From Microbotryum violaceum (taxonomy: Eukaryota), in assembly GCA_001244265.2 (NCBI GenBank), contig CDLV01000017.1, forward strand, positions 496,001 through 560,000: a stretch of 64,000 nucleotides of DNA, written 5' to 3'. Below, piece after piece: positions 26,176 to 37,301 of the stretch (its first letter is position 1; every line of letters starts with the position of its first letter). The notes beneath the pieces are model-generated. The model had not been told where the DNA came from. It did no database searches and saw only the letters and a program-made list of their open reading frames with translations. The translations under genes were made by a program, and so were the position numbers.

Positions 26176-26998
26176 TTAGTCCGCCCCCGTTAAAGGTTCA
26201 ATCTTGTACCTGGACATCTCGACGCCCTTGTTCTCATATCTGTGTCGCGCATCTGAAATTTCTTAGACACAGAAAGCTCCACGAAGGCCCATCAATGTTG
26301 CTCACCCGCATTTGGCGTAGAATGCTGAATCGCTCGAGAATGTAGGAGTATCAGCTCGGAGAGAAAGACGTTTCCGGGTTCAACAGAAAGGGTTTCTTTT
26401 GCGCCTTACCCACGTTTTTGGGATCACAGTCGAGGATGGACTGTGGTCAAAAGTTTGCACATCTACTTGTCAGAACGCGTTGCTGCCACTCGAAGCTGCC
26501 TAGCAGCGTGTGAAGCGACTCGAAGCAGGATGCGTCAAATCTGGGCTGACTGACTTTGTAGCAGCCGAGCTCCTCGCTCAGGGTTGACAAGGCAGCGATG
26601 AGAGTCTTGCCCAGGCCTTTTCCCTGCTGTGATGGCGAGACTGTAATGTCCTCAATGTGCCCGACCATGCCCGCGCTGCGCAAGAATTTGCGTTCGACAA
26701 CCAGAGTCCCCGTCGCGACAAGCCGGTCCGCTGCGGTGTCGACGATCACGAGCGGGTAGTAGGTCGCCTGTGTGTGCTTCATTTCGTAAAATCGATGTGA
26801 CCACGCTCGAGCTCCAATGTCGGGCGCGAAGGTCAAGGTCGACAATAGCTCCAAGTGCCCTTTGACGTAGTCCGAAGCGCACAGCGGTCGAAGCTTCAGG
26901 CCCATCGCGACGACGGGTTCCACCAGAGATGTTGGCAAGCAAGCGAGGGAGGCTTCGTCAAAAGCGTACTCAAATTCTGCAATTGAACTCGGTGCCAT
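26176..26998 (-). CDS. GNA1: Glucosamine-6-phosphate N-acetyltransferase (GNAT), 4 exons
   Basis: LRPL..DY, LVVERKFLR, GHIEDITV, QGKGLGK, GCYK-SILDC, FYAKCGY. Confidence 0.92.
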
Positions 26999-27324
26999 TA
27001 TGAGCTGACACGTGGCCACTGGCGTGGTCGCCGAGCGTCTTTGACGCGAACACGACGCGAGGTTGGAGAGGTGCGGGGCGAACGGTGGAGCACTAGAGCG
27101 CAGGAGGCGACAGAAGGCGAGGAATAGGGGAGAGTGAAACCTTCCCCTTGGTACAGTTCTTTGCAACAAGGAGTGTCACCTTCTCCGGGGTGCAAGTCAC
27201 GCGAGGAGAGTCTGGATCTGGGGCGAGTCTAAGCTCATCGAATCCCCTCCCGGGATCGGCTTACACATTAGCGACGCGTCTGGCATGGGTGGGCCGCCCC
27301 CCTGGGGTGGCGCGCATGCGCTTA

Positions 27325-27727
27325 GAGTGGAGTACACATGCGTGCGCGAAACTCATGGATCCCATATGGAAAAACGCCGTATGTCTGCCAAGACCCAGGT
27401 TACCTTGCACCGTCACGTGAACGGCTCCCTTCTGATTTCAATCAGCATCGATTGAAATTGTTATCATTTTTGCCAGCCCCTTCACAACTGGACTACACAG
27501 CCAAAAAAGCCAGCAATTTCAAGGGATGCGGAATCAGAAGGGAGCCATTTAAGGCGCAAGGTAACTTTGCGTGTAGTTAGTTGTGAAGGGCTGGCAAAAA
27601 TAACAACGATTCCAATCGATGCTAATTGAAATCAGAAGGGAGCCGTTCACGGTGCAAGGTAACTTTGGTCTTGGCAGACATACGGCGTTTTTCCATATGG
27701 GCTCCATGAGTTTCGCGCGCGCATATG
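27325..27727. mobile_element. Foldback/MITE with ~160-170-bp imperfect TIRs and TA target duplication (Tc1/mariner-like)
   Basis: Left arm CACATGCGTGCGCGAAACTCATGG.. is the reverse complement of the right arm ..CCATGAGTTTCGCGCGCGCATATG; TA on both flanks. Confidence 0.85.
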
Positions 27728-28769
27728 TAGGCGAGAGAAATGCCTGTTCGCTTCTGCACCTTATTCGTTTCGCTCGAACGGCAGTGCTTATTGCCTCTAC
27801 ACTCGCGAAACTTTTCGACCCTGTTGTTACCGGCAATGACGACTGCTTCGAGCTCAACCAACGACCACGCCGCGCTCTCGTCTACAGAGTCGCCGGCGGC
27901 AACTATCGGTGGCGCCGCGGGCGTGCACGTGGCCCCGCTATTGCCCTCGATGCAACTTTCCGGCGCCCTAGACACGACGGCGGGTACCACTTACGATGGC
28001 GCCTTGTTCGACATCTCTGCCGAAACGATCAAGTGGGCGAAGGATCGCAAGGATCCTCCGATGTCGTGTCTGTCACGTCACCAACAAGTCAAGTGAGTCT
28101 GCATTATGGTGTGGGTTTCAAGGCGCGGATGGAGGCGGGTCTGGTCTTCGACGGCTGCCTGCCGCGCACACAAAGGCAGGATCCGGCAGGACGCGCGCTA
28201 TTCTTACGTGCTCCTCATAAAGGAAGCGGTCGACCCGATGACGGCCTCGATCATCGTCGGAGGCGCACAGTCGCCTTCGGAGATGTTTGACCGGCACTTC
28301 GAGTCCGTTGCGATGCGGACCTGTGACTCGAATTGGTTCATCATGAGGAAATACGACTCGACGGTTCGTTCTTTGTGGTGGTCGGGGTTCAAGGTCTCGA
28401 AGATAAAGGTTTTCGGACCCTTCGACCAGTCGATCATGGCTCAGGTCTCGGCTGCCCTCAACGTCGCCATGAAGTGGGCTGAGCTCGCGGCCGAGCACCA
28501 GTCGTCGTGTGCCCGGGCGATGGAGCGACCGGTGGACGATCTCATCGAGGCGCGTGGCCGCATTCAAGCCATGGAGGAGGCAACGCTGGGGGGCGAGGAT
28601 TGGAAGCCGATTTTTCCTCTCCTCAAACCTGTAGTGGTTGCGCCTGCAGTGGTAGTCGTATCTTCGGTGGTTCCGCTCAGCGCTGTGCCGCGGGCGGCAG
28701 CCTGCACCAACTATAACAGTCGGCGCGTCTATATCACCAACCTTTCCCCACTCTCGTGTCGTGCTGCCA

Positions 28770-29405
28770 CTTCCGCCTCACGTCCGCGTACGTGTAGATG
28801 CCCGGTCCCTACGGGCTCTGTGGCCCTTTCTGAGGTCGTTACCTCTCAGGCATTGCGTCGAGTGCCTCCGTCCTCTGGTTCAGGGGTCAAATTCCCCACC
28901 GTTCCCGCTTCCTCACGTACGCACCCTACAATTCGAACCGCTTTCTGTGGCCCTTTCTGAGGTCGCTACCTCTCAGGCATCGCGTCGCGGGCCTCCGTTT
29001 TCTGGTTCAGGGGTCAAATCCCCCACCACTCGCGCTTTCTCACGTCCGTGTACGTGTAGTTGCCCGGTCCCGACGGACCGGCTGGGTGTTGCCCCGTCCT
29101 CCGCAGCCGAGGGCTGATGTGCTGGATTCGAATCTCCGATTCTCGCTCCCGGGTCAAATCCCCACCGTTCGCGCTTCCTCGCGTCCGTGCATGTGTAGAT
29201 GCCCGGTCCCGACGGATTGGCTGGGTGTTGCCCCTTCCTGCGCAGCTGAGGGCTGACGTGCTGGATTTGACTTTCCAGACCCTACGATTTGAATTGCGTT
29301 CTGTGGCCCTTTCTGAGGTCATTACCTCTCAGGCATTGCGTTGCGTGCCTTCGTTCTCTGGTTCAGGGGTTGAATCCCCCACCGTTCGCGCTTCCTTACG
29401 TCCGC
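28770..29405 (+). repeat. Degenerate ~120-130-bp tandem repeats between gag-like ORF and RT
   Basis: CTGTGGCCCTTTCTGAGGTC..CTCAGGCAT..TCTGGTTCAGGGG..CCCCACC recurs three times, with a variant unit repeated between them. Confidence 0.8.
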
Positions 29406-29559
29406 ATCCGCTAAGCGCTGCTCCGGCGGACCCTCCGAGCATTACTGAACTGCCCATCCACGGGGTGGGCAGGGCTCCACTCGAACCTGTTGCGGCCGAC
29501 AGCAAAGGAGACGTCCCGTTCGTGTCTTCAATGCCCGCGCCGGGCTCGTCGCCAGCGCC

Positions 29560-31187
29560 CAAAACTTCCGCTCGCATGCAAATCATGGCTCGCAAAGTCG
29601 ACTCGTTCCGTGATGCGAGGTACAAGATTGTTACGCCGCTCGATGCCGGTGCGTTTGAAGCCAACATTAAGGCACTTGCAAAGTCGCGCACATCGCGCCG
29701 TACCTGGCCGCTATACCAAAGCAGATCCGAGAGGGCTTTGATTTCGGCATCAAGGACCCTCCGTCGGAACATCACATCGCGAAGAACGCACTGCTCACCA
29801 AGAAGCAACAACTGGTCATGGACGGCGAGATGGAGTGCTTGCTCGATCTCGGGTACATTGCGGGGCCATACAACAAGGACGAGCTCCAGGCCGCGGTCGG
29901 TCCTTTCTGCACGAATCCGATCAGCTATGTGCCGAAGTCAGTAGCGCCCGGAATGCCGCCAAAGTGAAAACAGATCAAAAATCTGTCTTACCCCACGGCA
30001 AAGCCGATCAATCGAACAACAGACCCTGACAAAGCAAATCATCCGTCACAACGGAGTGGTTCATCTAGCCATCTGAAACTTGTTTCCATTAACAACGACC
30101 TGAAGTCTGCAGATTCTCCTTGCCGTTGGACGACCTTGCCCATGTTGTACCGCAAGTTTTGCGAGCTTCCCTCGACGGCGGAAGTCTGCGGTTGGGATTT
30201 TGCCAATGTGTTCTACCAACTCCCTTTGTGATGGGACCAGCAATTGAGCATGTGCATCTTGTGGCGCGGCCTCATCTTCGTACGACGAGTCCCATGCTCC
30301 GGTGGCAGGACCACTCCCGGTGTCTTTGGGAATGTTGCGGACCTGACCCGAGACTTGGTTGAATGGAAGTTCCCCGGCGTGTCAATCTTCAAGATGGTTG
30401 ACAATGTTTGTGCGGTCCCAATGTCGGATGCCATATTGCAAGAAGCTGTTCTTCATTTTGTACAATGCCTCGGCTGATGCCTCGCGGAGCAGAAAGGCTT
30501 CACATGGACGCGTCAATTTGTCCACATCGGGATTGACTGGGATTTGGATCTGATGACTGCAACGGTCACCAATCAGAAGCGGATCCGCTACATTGACAGG
30601 ATCAATGCCTTGCTGAAAGGTAGCCACGCCGATCGGAAGGAATGCTCGGAAATCGAGTCGGTCACTGGGTCGTTGGGGTATGTTGCCTACATCCTCCCTG
30701 CATTACGGACCCATCTCAATTGTCTATACAGGAAGTGTATTGCATACGGGGACCGGAAGGCGGTTTTGCGGGTGCGTCTGGACGGTGGCACGTACAATCA
30801 ACTCAAATACTGGAGAAGGTTCCTCTCGTCGGAAGCCCCATTCTCCACGTCGTTCAAGGCCCTCCCAATCCCATTGAAGCTTGCGTTAGCGTTGGATGTC
30901 TGTATGCACGGACTAGGCATTGTCATCAACGGATACTCCGCGTACTTTGCTCTCCCCGAGGGGTGGACCGAGGGGTGGACGGATCTGCCACCGCCTCGAC
31001 ACTCGGTCTCTATCACGAACGCGGAGGCGTGGGCGGTCGAGGCGCTGGCCGAGGCAGCATTACAAATGTGACAATAAACATTTCGTTCTCCAATGTGACA
31101 ACACCGGGGTTGTGCTTGGATGGAGGAAAGGGCATTTGATGAATCCCTTGTTGAACTTGTTGCTTTCAAACCTGCGCAGCCTTGAGG
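29560..31187 (+). pseudogene. Reverse transcriptase/RNase H of the YR element (frameshifted); RNase H tail resumes at ~34050-34232
   Basis: Motifs spread over several frames; the LINE insertion splits the RNase H region. Confidence 0.78.
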
Positions 31188-34041
31188 TTTTTTTTTTTGA
31201 CTGGGGCTCATAAATTGCAATCCTTCGGGTTGGCTGGGACCGCTACAAAAAGGCTAAAGGGGGTTATAAAGCAACGACAGCAAGCAGTTGGGTGAAAGTC
31301 AAACCCCTGCGCGCAAACAGCGCTGCGCAGATCAAAGCCCGCCGAGCACCTAACGCGGACTCCAACGGGCGGTGAGTACTGCTGCTGCTTCACGTCCCAA
31401 GAGCGGGAGCGAAGATACTCGAAAACCAGGCAAGAGCGCCTAGAGAAAGAAGGAAGAGAGTATACAGAAAGTCACGACTGGGGATACGGAGAACCAGGAA
31501 TACTAAGACAGAGAGGAGGGGAACACACCCGAGGGGCCAAAGGAGTGGGTCGAAGCCGGAGGTAGAGGTCCCCAGGGACTAACAGGCCGCAGCCAAGCCC
31601 CAGCTACTCGTCACCCCGACAGCGCCTGATGTCCTCCCTTGGCTAAATCTCGAGTGCTGGCTGTTGAGCCGTCGGGGCCGAGAGAAAAGCGATCCAGTAC
31701 AACGAAACGAGCCTCGCCTTGACGCGAGGATATTGACCAGAAACGAGCGACCTTCCTTCCCGAGCCATGCCGTAGATCTTGACCAACACGAACGAACGAA
31801 CCATTCAACGGAATCCAACACACGGCCTAGGAGTAAAAGGAGAAGTGGCTGAAGCGTAGTCAACAACCGAGCAACAGGAACGAGAAGAGGAAGGGAAGGG
31901 AAAAAGGGGGGAAAGGAGAGGGAAAAACTTCACAAAGCCTCCAACGCAAAGACAATCGACCTGGCTTGCCAATCCATCCAAGAACGAAAACCGCTACTGC
32001 GCAAAGTAGAGAGAGAGAGAGAGAGGTGCGCAGCCTTCCACTGCGCAACAAGTTTCAAGACAGTCAGCTTCTAAAAGAGGAGTCGACCTCCGAAAAAGAA
32101 GGGAGGAAAGGAGGGAAGGAAAATGGGAAGGAAGGACTTAACTCGGTCATCACACCTCCCAATCTCGAGCCCCAGGCACAAAACCCGCTCGAGAGAGAAA
32201 ATCTCGCTCGAACGCTCTGAGTGCACTGGGAGCGAGGGAGGGGCCACGACCTTGTCCAGCTCGAACCGCTGATGAACGCGCCAGCGGAGCAGGTGCAGCC
32301 GCTGGAAGCCAATCGCGCAGGCCAGCCGAACCCACATCCATCTCGAGGTCGTTCTCCCACGACCCCGCAAAAGGGGAGCCCCATAGTCAGCTGCTCCGGA
32401 GTGAACGTCGACGGATCGACGTCGGTATCCTCGATGCCCAGCTTGTCGAACAGAATGCGAAGCACCCCACCCCAGAAGCTGGTCGAGTACGCGCACTCGA
32501 AGAAGTAGTGCGACACCGTCTCGATGACCGCTGCATCGTTGCCGCAGAACAGACACGTCGGCGAAGAGGCATGACCCTGAGTATGCTGCCTCTTGCGCGT
32601 CGGCGTCACGTCGTACATGAGCCGCCAGTGGGTGTCCTGCTCCACAGCAGACGCAAACCGGTCATGAAGCCATCTCCAGAAGCGCTTCCTATCGCTCTTA
32701 GAAGTCCCATCACGGAAACGCTTGACACGATCCTCCCTCCCTGGGAACCGAACCACGTTCACAAGCCGACGAAGCTTGCGAATCGTAAAAGGTCGGGTGA
32801 GCCCAAAGAAGTTGAAGCACCGAGGACGGGGAGCCTCCCTGAGAGGTATCCGAGCAGGTCACAACGCGGTCTTGGGCAGCAAGGCTTTCGCCTTGAGCAA
32901 CTGACCCACGCGCGACCACACGTGCTCGTGCTGTAGGGCGGGTTCCTTAGAGTGCTGCCAGAACCCGCGTCGATGACCAACCAGAGCCCAGCCCTTCCCT
33001 TCGTCCCTCCAGTACAGGTCCGCGATCTGCGCAAACTTCGCCACTGCGTCCGCATCGTCATATGCGTGCTTGGCACCTTCAGCATAGAGTGAAGGGAGGC
33101 AAGGCGGAAGCGAGAGCAATTCGGGGAGCGTAAGGAGTTCGGACTTGATGGTTGGAACTGTGACCCTGGCCGCTGCAACGACTGCCCCCCAGCGCGTCGA
33201 GTCGCGATACAGCTTCTTGACCCGAGCCGTGCTGCTGAAGAACCCCCACGGACTGAAATCGCGGGTCGCAGCGACGAGGGACCTCCAGCTCTCGCGAGCT
33301 AGGGCGCCCAGATCGCCTCGTTCGAGCCCGCCACAGCATCCCAAAATCGAAGCGCCACCGAATGAACGATGTCGCCGATTGAAATCAAGCCCAAGCCACC
33401 GTCCTCCCGAGCCTGGAACACGAAATCGCGAGCGATGGTATTTTGCCCTGCTCCTCCCCAAACAAAATCCGTAAGTGCTGTCTCCGCCGCCTTAATGAAC
33501 CATTGAGGCGGTATGTCGAAGGACAGCACGTGGAGGACCGTCGAGATGATGTGAGCGTTGGCATAGAAGACCTTCCCACTCGGCAAAAGTGTCCGGTCTC
33601 CAGCGGCGCGGGTCTTGGCCTTGATCCTGTCAAGAAAACTGTAATACCCCAGGCCCTTCACGACTAGGTTACACAGTCCAAAAAACTGACAATTTCAAAA
33701 GATAAAGGTCGGCAGTTCGGATCCCGGTGGGGCATTTTTGAAGGATGCTATTTTGCCAGCCGCGGAGAAAAGCCCGAGCTGGACCGGCGCAAGGTGTAGC
33801 CCTTGGGCCAACCTAGTTATTTAATCTCTAATGGCCGTGACAAATGAATGAATGAACGGTGGGGCCATTAGAGATTTGTCTAATCATGCTTAGCGTATCT
33901 CTAAGTCTGGTGGTGGCAGGTGTAAGGCTCGGTTGCCTTACGCTATTTAACTACCCTTCTGATTTCAATATGCATCTATTGAAATTGTCAGTCTTTTGGA
34001 CTGTGTAACCTAGTCGTGAAGGGCCTGGGGTATTACAGAAA
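31188..34041 (-). mobile_element. 5'-truncated LINE (non-LTR retrotransposon) with poly(A) tail and TSD
   Basis: RT C-terminal GGLGL motif, zinc finger TCLFC..ETVSHYFFEC, ~1-kb 3' UTR, T11 at 31188-31198, flanking direct repeat CTTGAGG (31181-31187, 34042-34048). Confidence 0.9.
33639..34038. mobile_element. MITE with ~65-bp TIRs, related to the 27325 element
   Basis: CTGTAATACCCCAGGCCCTTCACGACTAGGTTACACAGTCC.. inverted at both ends; AAA on both flanks. Confidence 0.85.
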
Positions 34042-35234
34042 CTTGAGGTGTGAAGTGGTTGATTGAATACGTTAACACGAAGGTGAACCCTGCGGACGTT
34101 GTGTCCCGGCAGCCAGACCGCCCGCGGCAGTATGAACTCTTCCCGTACATAATTGCGCACCCACTGTCGAAGTTTCCGGCGGGGCGCGAGTTGCTGCGGG
34201 CGGCGGGAGAGCCCCTGTGGGCGATAGGCTGAGATATTTGACTCCCTTTGTGGAAGGTGGAGCTTTGTTCGTACAGAGTTGCGTATCCCTGTGTCTGCGA
34301 GGTTGTGTACCTTTTGTTTGGTGAGGTCGAACCCTCTTGCGTCCTGTTTTGTCAATGTCACGCTGTCATGACTCAGAGCCGCTCTTGTGCCTCGGTTGCA
34401 ACTTTGCGGTTGTCCGGTCCTGTCCCGTCTCCGCCGCGAGAGCGTGATCGCGGGTGCGTGCTTGGCACGTTCGGCCTCCCCCCACCCGTGTTGCACGCCA
34501 TCTTGAAAATACAGATGTCTTTCAAGGATTCACGAGCCGCGTGGAGGCTTTGTCAACGAGCCGTTCTGTACCCGACGATGCCAACAATGGCTGTGAGGGA
34601 GCGCGCCTTCAAGTCAGGAAGAGCGCTTACTGGTCCGGCCGACGCGTCGAGTTTGGCGCTGCGCAATGGAGCACCGGCTGCGGCGCCACCTCCGACTGTT
34701 AAATTCACGTCGACGTCAAATCCAAGATTGTGTCACAAATGGAAGCTCGCCACTCCGAGTTCGGCCTCTCAGCACTCTCGTCATCCGCGTGACCTCGGCC
34801 TTCCCGCACCTCGGACCTCCTCTCCCCGCTTCGGCACCTGCACTGCTTTCTTCTCCTCCAACTACACACTCACAACCCTCTCGCCCCCGACTCTTACGTG
34901 ATCATCAACCAAGCTCTATTATGTGATCCTCAGCCTCAACATTATTACGTGATCCTCGTGCCTCGCCTCCTCAAGCTCGTCACCTCGTCCCCGACTCCTC
35001 TGGTCTAGTTCCCCTTTTCCGTAGCTTACTTCTCTCTTTCCCTTCTGCAACTCGAATCTCGTCAAGGGTCACATCCTTGCACTCGTCCCTCGTCCTTGTC
35101 TCTCTTGAGAAGTCCCTAGAACCTCTCTCGACTTGTCCCTCATCCCTCGCCCCTTGTCTCGAGCCCCTTCGTCCGGCTCGTTCCTCCTATCTTTGTCCTT
35201 CGTGATAGATTGCCAATGTTGCGACGGAAACGAA

Positions 35235-36378
35235 ATGGCCCCAATAGGTTCATCCACGAATTGCACACCGGAGGAGTGGCTGTGCGCCGCGTTTGCCAAG
35301 ATGTATTGAGGTATCAACCGAATCCTTGTTCTCACACCGACGACTCCGGTCCAACGTCCGCTCCATGCGTGTGCATTGGCTGCGACAGAGCACGCGGTGA
35401 TGGTTGGGGCAGGGCGAACGGCGGAGTCGAACGAGATGTACGCGATGTGCATTCTAAGATACCTCGAGTACTGTGACAACGAGTTGGTCGACCGGAGGGA
35501 TCGATTCCCCGCACATCCTGACATCGTCAGGCGATTTCTCACTCGAATAGCGTTGTTGGGAAATGGCATCGGAGCCTACAGCGTCAGCCACTTTCGCCGA
35601 TTCCGTACCGCCCTAGAATTTTGGCACACGACGCATGGGCTGCGTATGAACTACGATCCGAAGATGTGGACGATGCAACTGGCTGCGGCTGCGGCCACAG
35701 CTCCAGCCCCCAAACCAGAGCGATTGGCGGCGACTTTGGACGATCTTAGGTGCCTGGCCGCGGGGATCGATAAATGCAGTTCGTTCGATACGGCCGTGTT
35801 TGCTGCAGCGTGTGCGGCGTTCTTCGCGATGGCGAGATTGGGCGAGTTTACGGCGGATTCGGCGGACAAAGAGCTCATAGCCGAACGGCATCTAGCAGTG
35901 GCCAATGCACGTCGGATCGATGCGACGAGCAAAGCTCCTCTCCGATACGAGTTGGACCTCCCGTTTGACAAGGTGCGTCGGCGCGTCGGCCGCATGCTGG
36001 TAGTCTTGGCGCGAGACGGCGAGCCCTTCTGCCCGGTCGGAGGCATCAATAACCATTTCCACCTAACAACCCTCCACCAGGGCGGTGTTCTCATATTGGG
36101 CGCGCGAAGGAGGTCATCAACAACTGACCTCCTCGGCGTTCTCACAACGAATCAAACACATTCTTGAGGCGAGTGGGAGGGCGGTCTTGAACAACCATTC
36201 CTTTAGGTCCGGTGGGGCCACGTTTTACCTTCGAGAAGGTGTACACACGGATCACATCCGAAACCTTGGCCGTTGGTCATCGAATGCCTTCGACAGGTAT
36301 TGGCGGCAGCACAAGGAGATTGCGATCCAAGTGCTGAGCAAGGCTGGCAAGCTTGCACTCGATTCGGGTAGAGCCTGA
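35235..36378 (+). pseudogene. Tyrosine recombinase of the YR retroelement (one in-frame stop, one frameshift)
   Basis: AFFAMARLGEF, LPFDKV, FCPV, NHSFRSGGAT, LGRWSSNAFDRY: the R..K..HxxR..W..Y catalytic set. Confidence 0.9.
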
Positions 36379-36663
36379 ATGCGTTGTAACGTAGGCATCT
36401 TTTGCTGCGTTTTGTTGGTTGTAAGTGTGGGGGGCGTGACCTATGGTACGCGTCCGGCGCCAGGGCACCTGTCCGAACCGGGGGTTCGGGAATTGGGGTG
36501 TACGCATCATCGTCTCGTCCACAAAGATTAATCATCTTCCTCATCCCATCATAACCAAACACACCGAAAGATACACAAGGAAGTTCGCAATTCCCTTCCC
36601 GCCCTCAAGAACCCCATTGGCATCCGATCGAGACATTGGAGGGGAAAAGCGAGAGTCTGGCAG

Positions 36664-37301
36664 AGGACCCCTGAAAGCCCAGCCTGAGGCGCGTAGGTAA
36701 AGAGTGGACACATTGCGGCGTCGATCGCAGCAGTCAAGACCGCGCCTGGCATCATCGAACTTCCTTTACAACGCTTGTCGAAACGCACCCGAACGAGGGA
36801 CGAGTTCTTGGCCAAGGCGAATTTCATGAGAACGAAGTATGGCTTCGACACAACAAGCACGACAGAGTCGCGATCCAAGGTCAGTGCTTCGCCTCGGCTT
36901 TAAACAGATTACGTCGTGTACCGTCGGAACAACTGGCGCTCGGCGTTGGAGGTGCCGGCTTTGGTCTCGCCGACGGCGGCCACTTGCGTAAAGGAGCGTT
37001 TGGTTTGGTTCAGGTCCACCTGCGGTGCCTTGGCAAACCGCCACGTCAGGCGCACGAGGCCATTGTCGATCACCGACTGAGCCGGGTTTTGGCCCTAGAA
37101 AAGCCAAAATCGCGATTCTTGGAGATGTTATAGAGCATCTGAAGCAATTCTAGAGCTATTGTTGGACGAGCGTAGGTGGACTGGACATTTTAAGGACATT
37201 TTTGGGCGAATACACCAAAAAAGGGTGGACAAATGAGGTCCAAAATCCGGGATTTTGGCGGATTTTACCTACGCGCCTCAGCCTGGCCTTTCGACTCTCC
37301 T
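36664..37301. mobile_element. Probable non-autonomous TIR element with an internal coding fragment
   Basis: Imperfect ~38-bp TIR AGGA.....GAAAG.CCAG.CTGAGGCGCGTAGGTAAA; the same terminal motif occurs at 57298. Confidence 0.55.

Larger units (their letters stand above)
27730..36660 (+). mobile_element. Degenerate tyrosine-recombinase retrotransposon (Ngaro/DIRS-like); boundaries approximate; interrupted by a LINE and a MITE
   Basis: Gag-like ORF (~27837-28960), broken RT (IVTPLD, YIAGPY, KMVDN, HIGIDWD), RNase H (ALDVC..GLG, ITNAEAWAV, CDNTGVV, YVNTKVNPAD) and YR ORF. Confidence 0.82.
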
